Below, piece by piece: positions 52,485-61,686 of a DNA stretch of 64,000 nucleotides. Made by a program: the position numbers and the translations under genes. Every line of letters starts with the position of its first letter. Position 1 is the stretch's first letter. Source of the stretch: Thecamonas trahens ATCC 50062 (lineage: Eukaryota > Protista > Apusomonadida); contig NW_013657657.1 in assembly GCF_000142905.1 (NCBI RefSeq), positions 248,001 through 312,000 on the forward strand, in the 5' to 3' direction. The notes beneath the pieces are model-generated. The model made no database searches, was not told the origin of the DNA, and saw nothing but the letters and a program-made list of their open reading frames with translations.

Positions 52485-53453
52485 ATGTCGTACTCGCAGC
52501 AGACTTCGATGCCGTCATCATACACGCTTTCGCATCCGATCTCACCGATCTCACTCTCGCCGCAGCCAGCAGCTGGTCACGGAGATGATGATGACTCGGA
52601 TGCTGTGCCCGAGTTTACTCGCATTGTCTGTGGTGCTTGTCACGCGCCCAACTCGCTCGAGGTGAGCCACTGCTCAAAGTGCGGTGCAGCTGTCTCGCCG
52701 ACTACCTGTGCGCTCACCACCTCGCCGTGCCCGTTCTGTCTGCTGGTCGCGGCCTTGGATGCAGCAGGCGCGGTTGGACACTTTGATCCGCCGCTTGCCG
52801 TGGGCAACGAGAGTGTACACTACGCCGACTCGGACGTTGTGGTCTTTGATGCCTTCCACGCCGCGTCGTGGCTGCAGCTCAACATCATTCCGCGCCACCA
52901 CGTCGCTCACCTCGCTGAGCTCGACAGCTCACCAGACTACGCCACTGCGGCTGATCGCAAGGCGCTTCTGGTCAAGCTCTACACTGCTGGCATGGCGGTG
53001 ACCGAGCGCCTTGTCGCTGTCGCCGCGCCGCCGTGGGCCGCCGAGGAGGTTTACTACCCAACGGCCCGCAACCCGGACATTACCTTTACCGCCGCCTACA
53101 ACATGCCGCCTTCGGTCCCGCACCTCCACTTGTACATCATTGCCACCCCGTACCAACGTCCGATGAGCTTCATGCGGTCGCAAGCCGTCGCCTTTCCGCG
53201 CTCCAAAACCCACGCCGCCGTCCTCAACTCCCTCGACCGCCACGGCCGCTGCATTGCCGGCAAAGATCGCGAGGCGCCCGAGTACGAGGCCGAGGAGCGC
53301 GCCGCTCATGCCGTCGACGTCGCCCGCATCGTCTCACTCCACGTCGAGCGGACCGCGCGCCTCCACGCTGCCGCCACATCGCCCAAGGCCTCGGATGTCT
53401 CGGACGCCGAGCTCCAGTTTTACCTCGGTGGTCAGTTTGAGCCTGCGGCCTAG
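52485..53453 (+). CDS. HIT-superfamily (HINT3/aprataxin-like) protein with an N-terminal zinc ribbon and a degenerate triad
   Basis: CGAC...CSKC, CPFC, YADSDVVVFD...LNIIPRHHV, PSVPHLHLYII. The 5' end may include further exons. Confidence 0.7.
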   Translation: MSYSQQTSMPSSYTLSHPISPISLSPQPAAGHGDDDDSDAVPEFTRIVCGACHAPNSLEVSHCSKCGAAVSPTTCALTTSPCPFCLLVAALDAAGAVGHFDPPLAVGNESVHYADSDVVVFDAFHAASWLQLNIIPRHHVAHLAELDSSPDYATAADRKALLVKLYTAGMAVTERLVAVAAPPWAAEEVYYPTARNPDITFTAAYNMPPSVPHLHLYIIATPYQRPMSFMRSQAVAFPRSKTHAAVLNSLDRHGRCIAGKDREAPEYEAEERAAHAVDVARIVSLHVERTARLHAAATSPKASDVSDAELQFYLGGQFEPAA

Positions 53454-56400
53454 CTGCTTGCCGCGACTGCCGCCACCGCTCGGTCAAAGAGGACCACCCG
53501 CGGGGGTTCGGTGATGGACGACGACGTGCTCACCACCGTGGCCACAGAGCCGAGCGTCACTCCGCGTCCGGCACAGAGGCTTGACCCACAGAGGATTGGC
53601 TCGTACTTGCGCTGTTCAACAGGCACCACCACCGAGTTGCTCGCGTCAATGCTCACCGCGGTGTCGGCCAGCTGCGCACGCCGCAGCTGCCACCCGTGGG
53701 CCCGGAGCTCCGACTCGGTGGCCGATCCGCGCGGAACTTTGCCGGTCGTCACAATCTGCCCACACGCCCGGCATCCGAGCTCGATCACGTCCTTGGCTTC
53801 CTCATCGTCGAGCCCTGCACTGCAAGTAGCGTCGCTCGGCGCGCCGGCTGGCCCGCTCTCGTCATCGCCGTCGAGCTCGAGCACCACCGCGGGCTTGCCC
53901 GACGCCGCCGCCGCCCGCTGCTCAGCGGCCTCGGCGGCTGCCGAATGAAAGTTGTGCAGCGCCTGGCCAAAGGCTTGCGGATTGGGGAACGATTGGATGG
54001 CAGTGCGGACCCACTTGGAGAGCGACGGTGCGATCGAGGACCGTGCGAACCGCTCGTCGACCAGCAGGATCGAGCCGTAGTCGTTGCGGTGGCGGATGCA
54101 CCGGCCGAGCGCCTGGTTGAGGGCTCGGAACGCCTGCAGCGTGTACCACTTGGAGCCCGGCAGCAGTCCGCGGCTCGTCGAGTGTGTGTCGTTGTATCGC
54201 CGCTTGATGGTGATCTTGCGGTCCTTGATGTTGGGGTACGGGATGCCAACGCAAAGCACCGACCGCGCGTTGTCATCGGAAAAGTCGATGCCCTCGGAGA
54301 CCTTGCCACGGTAGACCGCAAGCAGCACCGCCCCGCCGATCGTCGGCGGCGACGCCTTGGAGCCCTTGATCGCTGCGTAGAACTTGGCCATGGTACCTTC
54401 AAAGTCGGCCTTGGCCCGAGGCTCCTGCACCACACGCTTCAGCTGCGAGAGCTGTGCGTATAGCCCGGTCTCCTTCCACCGCTTCACGAGCTTGTCCAGC
54501 AGCGTGTACGACGTGACAAAAACAAGCATTCCGTGCGGCACAATGTGCGCCAGCGCCTTGACCGTCTCGCCGAGCTGGTCCTGGAACTCGAGCGTGTTCG
54601 AGTGCTTCCACGTCGAGTTGAGCGTGTAGCCAGACGGCGCCTGGACCAGTGGCGTCACAAACACCTGCTTCTCCATGTCGATTACATGCCCAGCCTCGAG
54701 CACAATCGGAAATGGCGCCATCAGCTCAGACTCGAACGAGTCGAGCGGCGAGAGCGTGCCAGAGGTGAGGATGACCGACCGCGACTCACCAGCAAGCGAG
54801 TTGAACACAATGCCCGGGTTCATGCACCAAAAGTTGAGCGAAGTTTCGAACCCGGTCTCGCCTGCGCTGCGGCTAGGGCCGCTTCCACCTTGGTTCCCGC
54901 TGCTGCCTGGGCTCGCCCCACCGTGCCCGCTACCAACCGTCACCGCCGACAGTGGTGACGACGCAAACGCGCGCTGTGCCGAACGAGCGCCCCGCCGCTG
55001 CCGATGCCGGTTCGGCGTCGAAAAGAGACCCGAGTCCATGTGCCCGCCGCCGCGTCCACCACGTCCGCCGCGCCCGCCGCCGCGCCCGCCGCGCCCGCGC
55101 CCAAATTGCGCCTTGCGCACCTTGCGCACCAGCATGACATAGTCGGCAGCGTGCACGCCGTCGTCGCGGACGCAAATGTCGACCACAAACAGCAGCGTCT
55201 CCAGGACAACAAAGGTCTCTGCGGTGAGGACATGGGTGTTGTCGTCATCGCGCGGCCCGCCCTCAGCCGAGTCGCGCTTCGACTTTTCTTGCCGGATGTC
55301 GTTGGCCGACTTGAGGGCGGCTCGGACGACAACGAGCGACGACGGCGTGAGTCCCATTTGCTCCAGCGCCGCAAGGAGCGAGCGGCCGGCGAGCTCCGGG
55401 GACTCCTCTACCTCATATTCGACGCCGCGCAGCGACGACGCCGCCGTGTTGCGGAGCCAGCCTAGAACGGCGTCGATGACAACCAGCAACGGCTCGTACG
55501 CAGCGCGCGCTGTGTCAGACGTCTTGCGTCCTGCGTCGAGATCTTTCTGCGCGTGATCAAGCGAGTCGAGCGTGAGCTGCGCCGAGCCGGCGTCACGGCA
55601 CGAGTCCTCGATGTTGTGGGCCTCATCGAGGATGACAATAGCGTTGGAGAGCGCGATCGACATCGAGCCGCGGACTAGTGGATCAACGAGGTAGTTGTAT
55701 GGGCAGAACACAATGTCAGCCGTCTCAGCCAGGTTCTTGGACGCAAAGTACGGACACCCGCGCTTGCGCCGACCGGCCGACACCAGGTTCTCGATGTCCC
55801 ACACCTTGGTCGAGAACACTGGGTCGCTCGCCAGCCGCTGCACATTGTGGTTGAACCCGCAGCCTGCGTGCTCGAGCAGGGCCTTGCACTCGTCGTTGCG
55901 TCGGGCAGACTTGGAGACCCGCGGATGGATGCAGTACTGCTCGCGCGAGGCCAGAATCGCCATCCGCGGCCGGTACGCCGTCGCCCGCAGCTCGCCCACA
56001 ATTTGATGCACCTGCGAGTGGGTCCGCGACGCAAAGTAGATCCGCGGCGGGTCCTGCGCGAGCTCGGCGGCGTCGGCTCGCGCCTGCTTGTCCGCTTCTG
56101 CATCACCCGAGTCAAACATCGCATCTTCGCCCCGGGACTCGCTTGCGCTATTGGACACCTTGCCCTTGCCTTTGAAGCTCCCAGAGAGCAGCTTGGCCCT
56201 CTTGGCCGGCGGGCCCGGCGGCGGCGTCGACGCCCGCGGCTTGGCCTCCACAGGCGGGCTAGGCGGGAGCGGCGGGGGTGCCGGGCCGGGCATAAAGTCA
56301 TCGTCTGACGACAGCATCGTCGTTCGTCCAGGCTGCGGCTCGGCAGACGCGACCATCGCCGTCGCCTGATTGTCGCCCAAGCCCGGCGGCGGCTGCGCCG

Positions 56401-56854
56401 GCAGCGGACCGCCTCCCGGCTGAGGCGTTGCGTCACCATCGCCGTCATCACCCGGCAGTGGCTCCTTGGCTGATGGCTCCAGAAGATCGACGAGCTTGGA
56501 CGGACCGGGCGGCGGCGGCGGATGCGGGCCGGTAGGCCGGCGACGTGAATTGTGCAGCTCGTCGTGGGCCACCGCCGACTTGGCCATCCGCACGGTCTGG
56601 GCCAGGCGGTACTCACGGAGGCGACGGCGAGCGGCAGCCCGGCGGGTGAGAACCTCACGCTGCCAAGCAAGCGTTGAGCAGAGGAGGGCGAGCGACTTGC
56701 CTGAGCCGGTGGGCGACTCGAGGAGGGCATTCTTCTTCTCCGCCACGGCCTTGATCACCTTGGCCATCATGGCCATTTGCGAGGGGTAGGCCTTGAAGGG
56801 GAACTTGACGTTGACCCCGCCAATCCAGTATGACTCACCGCCCTTGCGCGACAT
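53450..56854 (-). CDS. BRIP1: FANCJ/BRIP1 Fe-S DEAH helicase (XPD family)
   Basis: FPFKAYPSQMAMM, ALLESPTGSGKSLALLC, SRTHSQ, Fe-S cysteines, ILDEAHNIED, ILTSGTLSP, YRGKVSEGIDF, RALNQALGRCIRHRNDYG. Confidence 0.92.
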   Translation of the reverse strand: MSRKGGESYWIGGVNVKFPFKAYPSQMAMMAKVIKAVAEKKNALLESPTGSGKSLALLCSTLAWQREVLTRRAAARRRLREYRLAQTVRMAKSAVAHDELHNSRRRPTGPHPPPPPGPSKLVDLLEPSAKEPLPGDDGDGDATPQPGGGPLPAQPPPGLGDNQATAMVASAEPQPGRTTMLSSDDDFMPGPAPPPLPPSPPVEAKPRASTPPPGPPAKRAKLLSGSFKGKGKVSNSASESRGEDAMFDSGDAEADKQARADAAELAQDPPRIYFASRTHSQVHQIVGELRATAYRPRMAILASREQYCIHPRVSKSARRNDECKALLEHAGCGFNHNVQRLASDPVFSTKVWDIENLVSAGRRKRGCPYFASKNLAETADIVFCPYNYLVDPLVRGSMSIALSNAIVILDEAHNIEDSCRDAGSAQLTLDSLDHAQKDLDAGRKTSDTARAAYEPLLVVIDAVLGWLRNTAASSLRGVEYEVEESPELAGRSLLAALEQMGLTPSSLVVVRAALKSANDIRQEKSKRDSAEGGPRDDDNTHVLTAETFVVLETLLFVVDICVRDDGVHAADYVMLVRKVRKAQFGRGRGGRGGGRGGRGGRGGGHMDSGLFSTPNRHRQRRGARSAQRAFASSPLSAVTVGSGHGGASPGSSGNQGGSGPSRSAGETGFETSLNFWCMNPGIVFNSLAGESRSVILTSGTLSPLDSFESELMAPFPIVLEAGHVIDMEKQVFVTPLVQAPSGYTLNSTWKHSNTLEFQDQLGETVKALAHIVPHGMLVFVTSYTLLDKLVKRWKETGLYAQLSQLKRVVQEPRAKADFEGTMAKFYAAIKGSKASPPTIGGAVLLAVYRGKVSEGIDFSDDNARSVLCVGIPYPNIKDRKITIKRRYNDTHSTSRGLLPGSKWYTLQAFRALNQALGRCIRHRNDYGSILLVDERFARSSIAPSLSKWVRTAIQSFPNPQAFGQALHNFHSAAAEAAEQRAAAASGKPAVVLELDGDDESGPAGAPSDATCSAGLDDEEAKDVIELGCRACGQIVTTGKVPRGSATESELRAHGWQLRRAQLADTAVSIDASNSVVVPVEQRKYEPILCGSSLCAGRGVTLGSVATVVSTSSSITEPPRVVLFDRAVAAVAASS

Positions 56855-57065
56855 CCTCACTTGTTGCTCGGTCCTCAGCTGTACCTTGTATCTGCTGAAA
56901 AGGAGAAGCCGGGGCGTGAGGCGTGCGGTGTGTGGGGTGAAGTGTGCTGGCGGCCATCGAAACTGCGACCTTTTTTGGTTGGGCGGCAGTGAGTCGCACG
57001 ACTAAACAAGATACGACTGAACAAGATGAGGCGACGGATGGAGAAGAGAGACTTTTGACGACGAC

Positions 57066-57965
57066 CTACAGCTTGAAGCCCGAGTGCATGGCGGCGATGC
57101 CAAACGAGAGGTTCGAGTAAGAGACGGCGCGGAAGCCGGCGTCGTCGATCATGGCCTTGAACGTCTCCTGGTCCGGGAACTGGCGGATGGACTCGACGAG
57201 GTACTGGTACGAGTCGCGGTCGTTGGCCACCAGCTCGCCCAGCAGTGGGATGAGCTGGAACGAGTACGCATCGTAGGCCTGCGAGAGGACAGGGAGGGCG
57301 ACGCGGGAGAACTCGAGGCAGAGGAAACGGCCGCCCGGGCGAAGGACCCGATACGACTCGCGAAGGGCAGCAGCAACGTCAGTCGTGTTGCGGATGCCAA
57401 ACGAGATGGTGTATGAGTCAAACGTATTGTCTTCAAACGGCAGCGCCTCGGCATCGCCCTGGACCCACTCAAGGCCGGCCGGATCGCGGCCGTCGGCGGC
57501 AGCCCGCTCGCGACCGACGCCGAGCATGCCCTCGTTGATGTCGCAGACGGTGACCTTGGCCGGAGCCGTGGCAGCACCTGCCGGCTTGCGCCCGGCGTGG
57601 TCGAGGCAGCGGAAGGCAATGTCGCCCGTCCCGCCGGCCACGTCGAGCATACGCATGCCGGGCGTCGGATCGAGGGCCCGGACAAACTGGTCCTTCCACA
57701 CCCGATGAACTCCGGCAGACATGAGATCGTTCATCACATCGTACATATCAGCCACATTGGAAAAGACCTCGCCAACCAAGGCCTTCTTCTCATCCACAGG
57801 CACGTCCCGGAAGCCAAAATGGGTGGTCGAACCATCTCCGACCGTCCCTGCCTTCGACGACGCGGCACGAGTCACTGCCGCCACCACCACACCGACTACC
57901 GCTGTCCTCGCTCCAGCACCCATGTTCCGACCCATGCCTGCTACCGCCCGTCCTACTCCTAGCAT
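57066..57965 (-). CDS. COQ5: Mitochondrial 2-methoxy-6-polyprenyl-1,4-benzoquinol methylase (UbiE family)
   Basis: [60 protein letters not shown]. Arg/Ala-rich transit peptide. Confidence 0.95.
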   Translation of the reverse strand: MLGVGRAVAGMGRNMGAGARTAVVGVVVAAVTRAASSKAGTVGDGSTTHFGFRDVPVDEKKALVGEVFSNVADMYDVMNDLMSAGVHRVWKDQFVRALDPTPGMRMLDVAGGTGDIAFRCLDHAGRKPAGAATAPAKVTVCDINEGMLGVGRERAAADGRDPAGLEWVQGDAEALPFEDNTFDSYTISFGIRNTTDVAAALRESYRVLRPGGRFLCLEFSRVALPVLSQAYDAYSFQLIPLLGELVANDRDSYQYLVESIRQFPDQETFKAMIDDAGFRAVSYSNLSFGIAAMHSGFKL

Positions 57966-58194
57966 GCTTGTGTTGCGCGTGTAAGAGTGCGGTGTGTCTG
58001 TGAGCGTGTGTGGCGGGGTGGTGGCGGTGGCGGTGGTGGCGGTGGTGGGTGAGGGTGGCGGCTGACGAACTGTTCGTCGCAGCAGCCGGCTGAGCCTAAG
58101 AGATAGATCAAAGGGAGATGGCACCATGGCTGTGTGTGTATGTGTGTGTGGGAGGTGCTGTTCATTCAGGATGCAGTCGTGGGTGTGATCAGGC

Positions 58195-59231
58195 TCACGA
58201 GTCGGCGTGGGAGAATGATGGTGCGATGAGCGGGAACATCTGCGACATGTAGATTGAGGCCCAGCTAGAGAGTGGCAAACCGAGAAGGTCGGGGTGAGTT
58301 GCGGAGAGGGGGATGGGGAGGGGGGGGGGGGAGAAGGGGAAGGGGAGGGGAGTGAGGGAGGAGAGAGAGAGAGCGAGGAGAGGGGAGGGGAGGAGGGAGG
58401 GGGGGGAGGCGGAGGCGAGGGAGCGATCACGGCTTCTTCCACGTACAAGATCCACATGCAGAAGGTGAGAGTGATGATGAGAGTGCGGACCAGCCTATCC
58501 ATCCATACACCACCACGTTGCCCACGGCAGAGCACCACCACGTTGCCCACGGCAGAGGACCACCACGTTACCCACGACAGAGTACCGCCACGTTACCACC
58601 CACAAAGCCCACAGCCACCCGACGACCAAGTGAGTCACTCATCCACCCCATCAACCTATACACCCATACCCTTTCCTTATACAGCCTCCCCTTTCTCCTC
58701 TCGATCCTGCTCATGCCCACACCAGGTGTCCACCCTCCCCAGGTCACGCGGAGCAAAGCGAGTCACACCGCACCGCACCGAGAGCCTCTCACACCCAGCA
58801 GGCCTGGGTATGGCAGAGAGGCAGAGAGGCAGAGAAAGGGGGAGAGCGCAGGGGGGGGGGGAGTGGTGGGATAGCGGAGTGTGTTGAGAACGTAGTGGGA
58901 GAGGGCGGAAGGATAGGGAGGGGGGGGGAGGGGAGAAAGTGCTTGCACAAGCCACGTCGTCCCCACGTCGCCCCCCCCCCNNNNNNNNNNNNNNNNNNNN
59001 NNNNNNNNNNNNNNNNNNNNNNNNNNNNNNNNNNNNNNNNNNNNNNNNNNNNNNNNNNNNNNNNNNNNNNNNNNNNNNNNTCCCCACTCTCGCCCTCTCG
59101 GCAATGTCAACGTACCCACCATCGCACGACCTGTTCTTGAGGTTAAAGGCAAATGTACCAAGGACGGCAACAAGGCCGGCACCCCAGAAGAAGATGGTGC
59201 CCAGAATGAGGGCGTGGAACTGTGGCTTCAT
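58195..59231 (-). CDS. ATP6V0E: V-type ATPase subunit e (Vma9/ATP6V0E), 77 aa, 3 exons
   Basis: join(59116..59231, 58447..58494, 58195..58264). Both introns are GTACGT...TAG. Product is [77 protein letters not shown], with the family motif C.W..W...Y..Q..PL..P. Confidence 0.85.
58511..58600. repeat. ~25-bp intronic tandem repeat (CACCACGTTGCCCACGGCAGAG-like, ~3.5 copies)
   Basis: Directly visible. Confidence 0.8.
58981..59080. other. Assembly gap (100 N) inside intron 1 of V-ATPase subunit e
   Basis: Run of N. Confidence 0.99.
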
Positions 59232-59402
59232 TCCTCCTCCTCAGCAGCGAGCAGTGTGACCGACTGAACGTTGAACGTAGCGTTCAGTGGACAGGCTGTG
59301 AGCCAGAGGTCAACTAGCTCAGCCTTTGGATCACTATCTTCATGGTGCTATGTAGTGGTCAGTACAGTGTTTTTCGAGACATAAGACTGCAGGTGGTGCA
59401 GT

Positions 59403-61302
59403 CTACGGATGGAGCAGATCTAGCGAGCAGAGCATGTCGGCCATGGCACGGGCATACGCCTCGTGGTCGCGGTAGTAGACGCAGTTGTTGGCGCAAAGGT
59501 CGGGGTGCGAGGCCCAGAACGGGACGTCGCACATGCAGAGGCGCGGGAGAGCAAGGCCCTTCGACTCAACCTTTTCGATGATCTTGGCACGGAGCGCCTC
59601 GACAAAGCGCATCATTTCGGTCTCCTTGCGCTTGGCGCGGCGCTCGAGCTCGCGGTCACGCTTAGCGCGCGCCTGGGCGGCACGGTCTTGTGCGGCGCGG
59701 TTGGCCTCGGCCTCGCATGCTGCGCGCTGCGTCGAGATGGAGATGGCTGCTTCACGCGAGGCGCGGACCTGCTCCTTCTGCTTGATGATGGCGTCGATGC
59801 GGCGCGACTCGCGCTGGGCGTGCTTGATACGGCGGATCTTTTCGCGCTCCATGTCCATCATAAACTTGCGCCTCTGCGCAAAGGCCTTGGCCTCTGCGCG
59901 ACGATGCTTCATCTCGTGGTACGACTCGGGCTTGACAAGCGAGAGGTCAAAGGCTTCGACCGACTCGTCGACGTCAAAGGTGAGCGAGGCCTGGTCGTTG
60001 TCCTGCGGCGGGTGACCGGCAGCGCCATGCTGCGAGGACTCAACTGGCGCGGCGCCGTCAGCCTCAGCCTCGGCCCACACGGGCGAGCCACGGCGCGGGA
60101 TCGGCTTGCGGACTGGGAACCGGCGGGTCGGCGGGCGGGAGTCGATCTCGCGCGGCGAGTCAAGCCCGTTGTGGGCGCCGATGTGCCGGAACGACGGCGC
60201 AACAAGCGCTGGGCCGTCGCCGGGCACCAGGTCGCCGAGATCAAACCGCTCAGGCTCGGACGGCTCGGTGCCGTGGTCGCCCTGGCTCTGCGCGCCGTCG
60301 CCGTCGTCTTCGTGCGGCCGTTGGCTGGCGAGGGCGGCCATGGCCATGCGGGCACGCGAGGCGGCAAAGTTCATCTTCTCAATCTCTTCCTCCAGTGGCG
60401 ACGAGACGGCAGCAGCCATAACGCCAGCCACATGGTCGCGAGGCTCGCCGTTGACTATCGGGAGCGAGAGCGTGTGCCGCGCCGGAAAGGCTGGCGTGCG
60501 GGTGAACAGCGGCGCCATCTCGGGCACGTTGCGGTAGACCGAGATGGCAGCCTTGGAGAGCATCGAGATGGTCTGTTCGGCCTCCTCACGCGCCGCCGCC
60601 GCCGCTTCGCGCTTGGCTGCCACCGAGAGAGCATCAACTCGCGCGGCAACCTTGGCTCGGAACGCTTCCAGCTGGGCCTCCTTGGCGGCCCGCTCTTCGG
60701 CCGCCGCCGCCGCCGCCACCACCGCCNNNNNNNNNNNNNNNNNNNNNNNNNNNNNNNNNNNNNNNNNNNNNNNNNNNNNNNNNNNNNNNNNNNNNNNNNN
60801 NNNNNNNNNNNNNNNNNNNNNNNNNNNNNNNNNNNNNNNNNNNNNNNNNNNNNNNNNNNNNNNNNNNNNNNNNNNNNNNNNNNNNNNNNNNNNNNNNNNN
60901 NNNNNNNNNNNNNNNNNNNNNNNNNNNNNNNNNNNNNNNNNNNNNNNNNNNNNNNNNNNNNNNNNNNNNNNNNNNNNNNNNNNNNNNNNNNNNNNNNNNN
61001 NNNNNNNNNNNNNNNNGCACAAACCGCGCCGCCCGCGCCGGCCGGGCCCGCAACGGCGCTTTGTGCTCAAGCTGCAGGTCCTTGAGCGGCTCAAAGAGCG
61101 GGAGCTGGACGCCAGCATGCCGGGCTCGCTCACTCGCACTCTGCGGCTGTCGCCCACCATCTGAGCGGCCATGCCGGCTACCGCGCGGCGTTTGCATCAG
61201 TGCCCTCTTCTTCGACGCGTTAGAGACCAGTCTGCCTGGCGTGGCCGACGCGCCCTCACCCGGACGGGCCCTGGTAGCCACCGAGTACACCGACGATGAC
61301 AT
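59403..61302 (-). CDS. CCDC15: CCDC15-like centriolar coiled-coil protein (interrupted by N gap 60727..61016)
   Basis: C-terminal LPRLCMCDVPFWASHPDLCANNCVYYRDHEAYARAM resembles the CCDC15 pattern LPPLC.C...FW..HP.TCANNC.FY. N-terminal EAQLEAFRAKVAARV also fits. Confidence 0.75.
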
Positions 61303-61686
61303 TGGATGACGGCAGTGGAGTATTGTAGTGATTGGGGAGGGCCGAGGGGTGTGGTTGGGTGGATGGAGTGGTTGGGGTGGGGTGGGGTGGGAGGGGCATC
61401 TGTCTGCCGTCGCTCCTCAATGCCCAGCTACTTGTCCTCCTCGTCGTTGGCCTGGCGGTTGGTGGCCGAACCGCTGGTTTCGGCGCCAACTGCAGACCGC
61501 TCAAACATGGCCTACCCGCACCAAAAAAAGGTCGTGGTTTCTCGCCCTGCCGCGTCGGGCGAGCCACAACGCGGCTCAAGCCACAGGCGTTCTTGTCGCC
61601 TTCACCCACACCAACACGAGCCACGAGCTGCGAGCTTCGAGCTACGAGCCACGACCAACACCTGTCTCCTTCACCTCACACACATC

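Noticed and set aside
57966-58550. Long N-terminal extension of COQ5 in the ORF track
   Set aside because: It is read-through of low-complexity intergenic and intronic DNA plus exons of the V-ATPase e gene.
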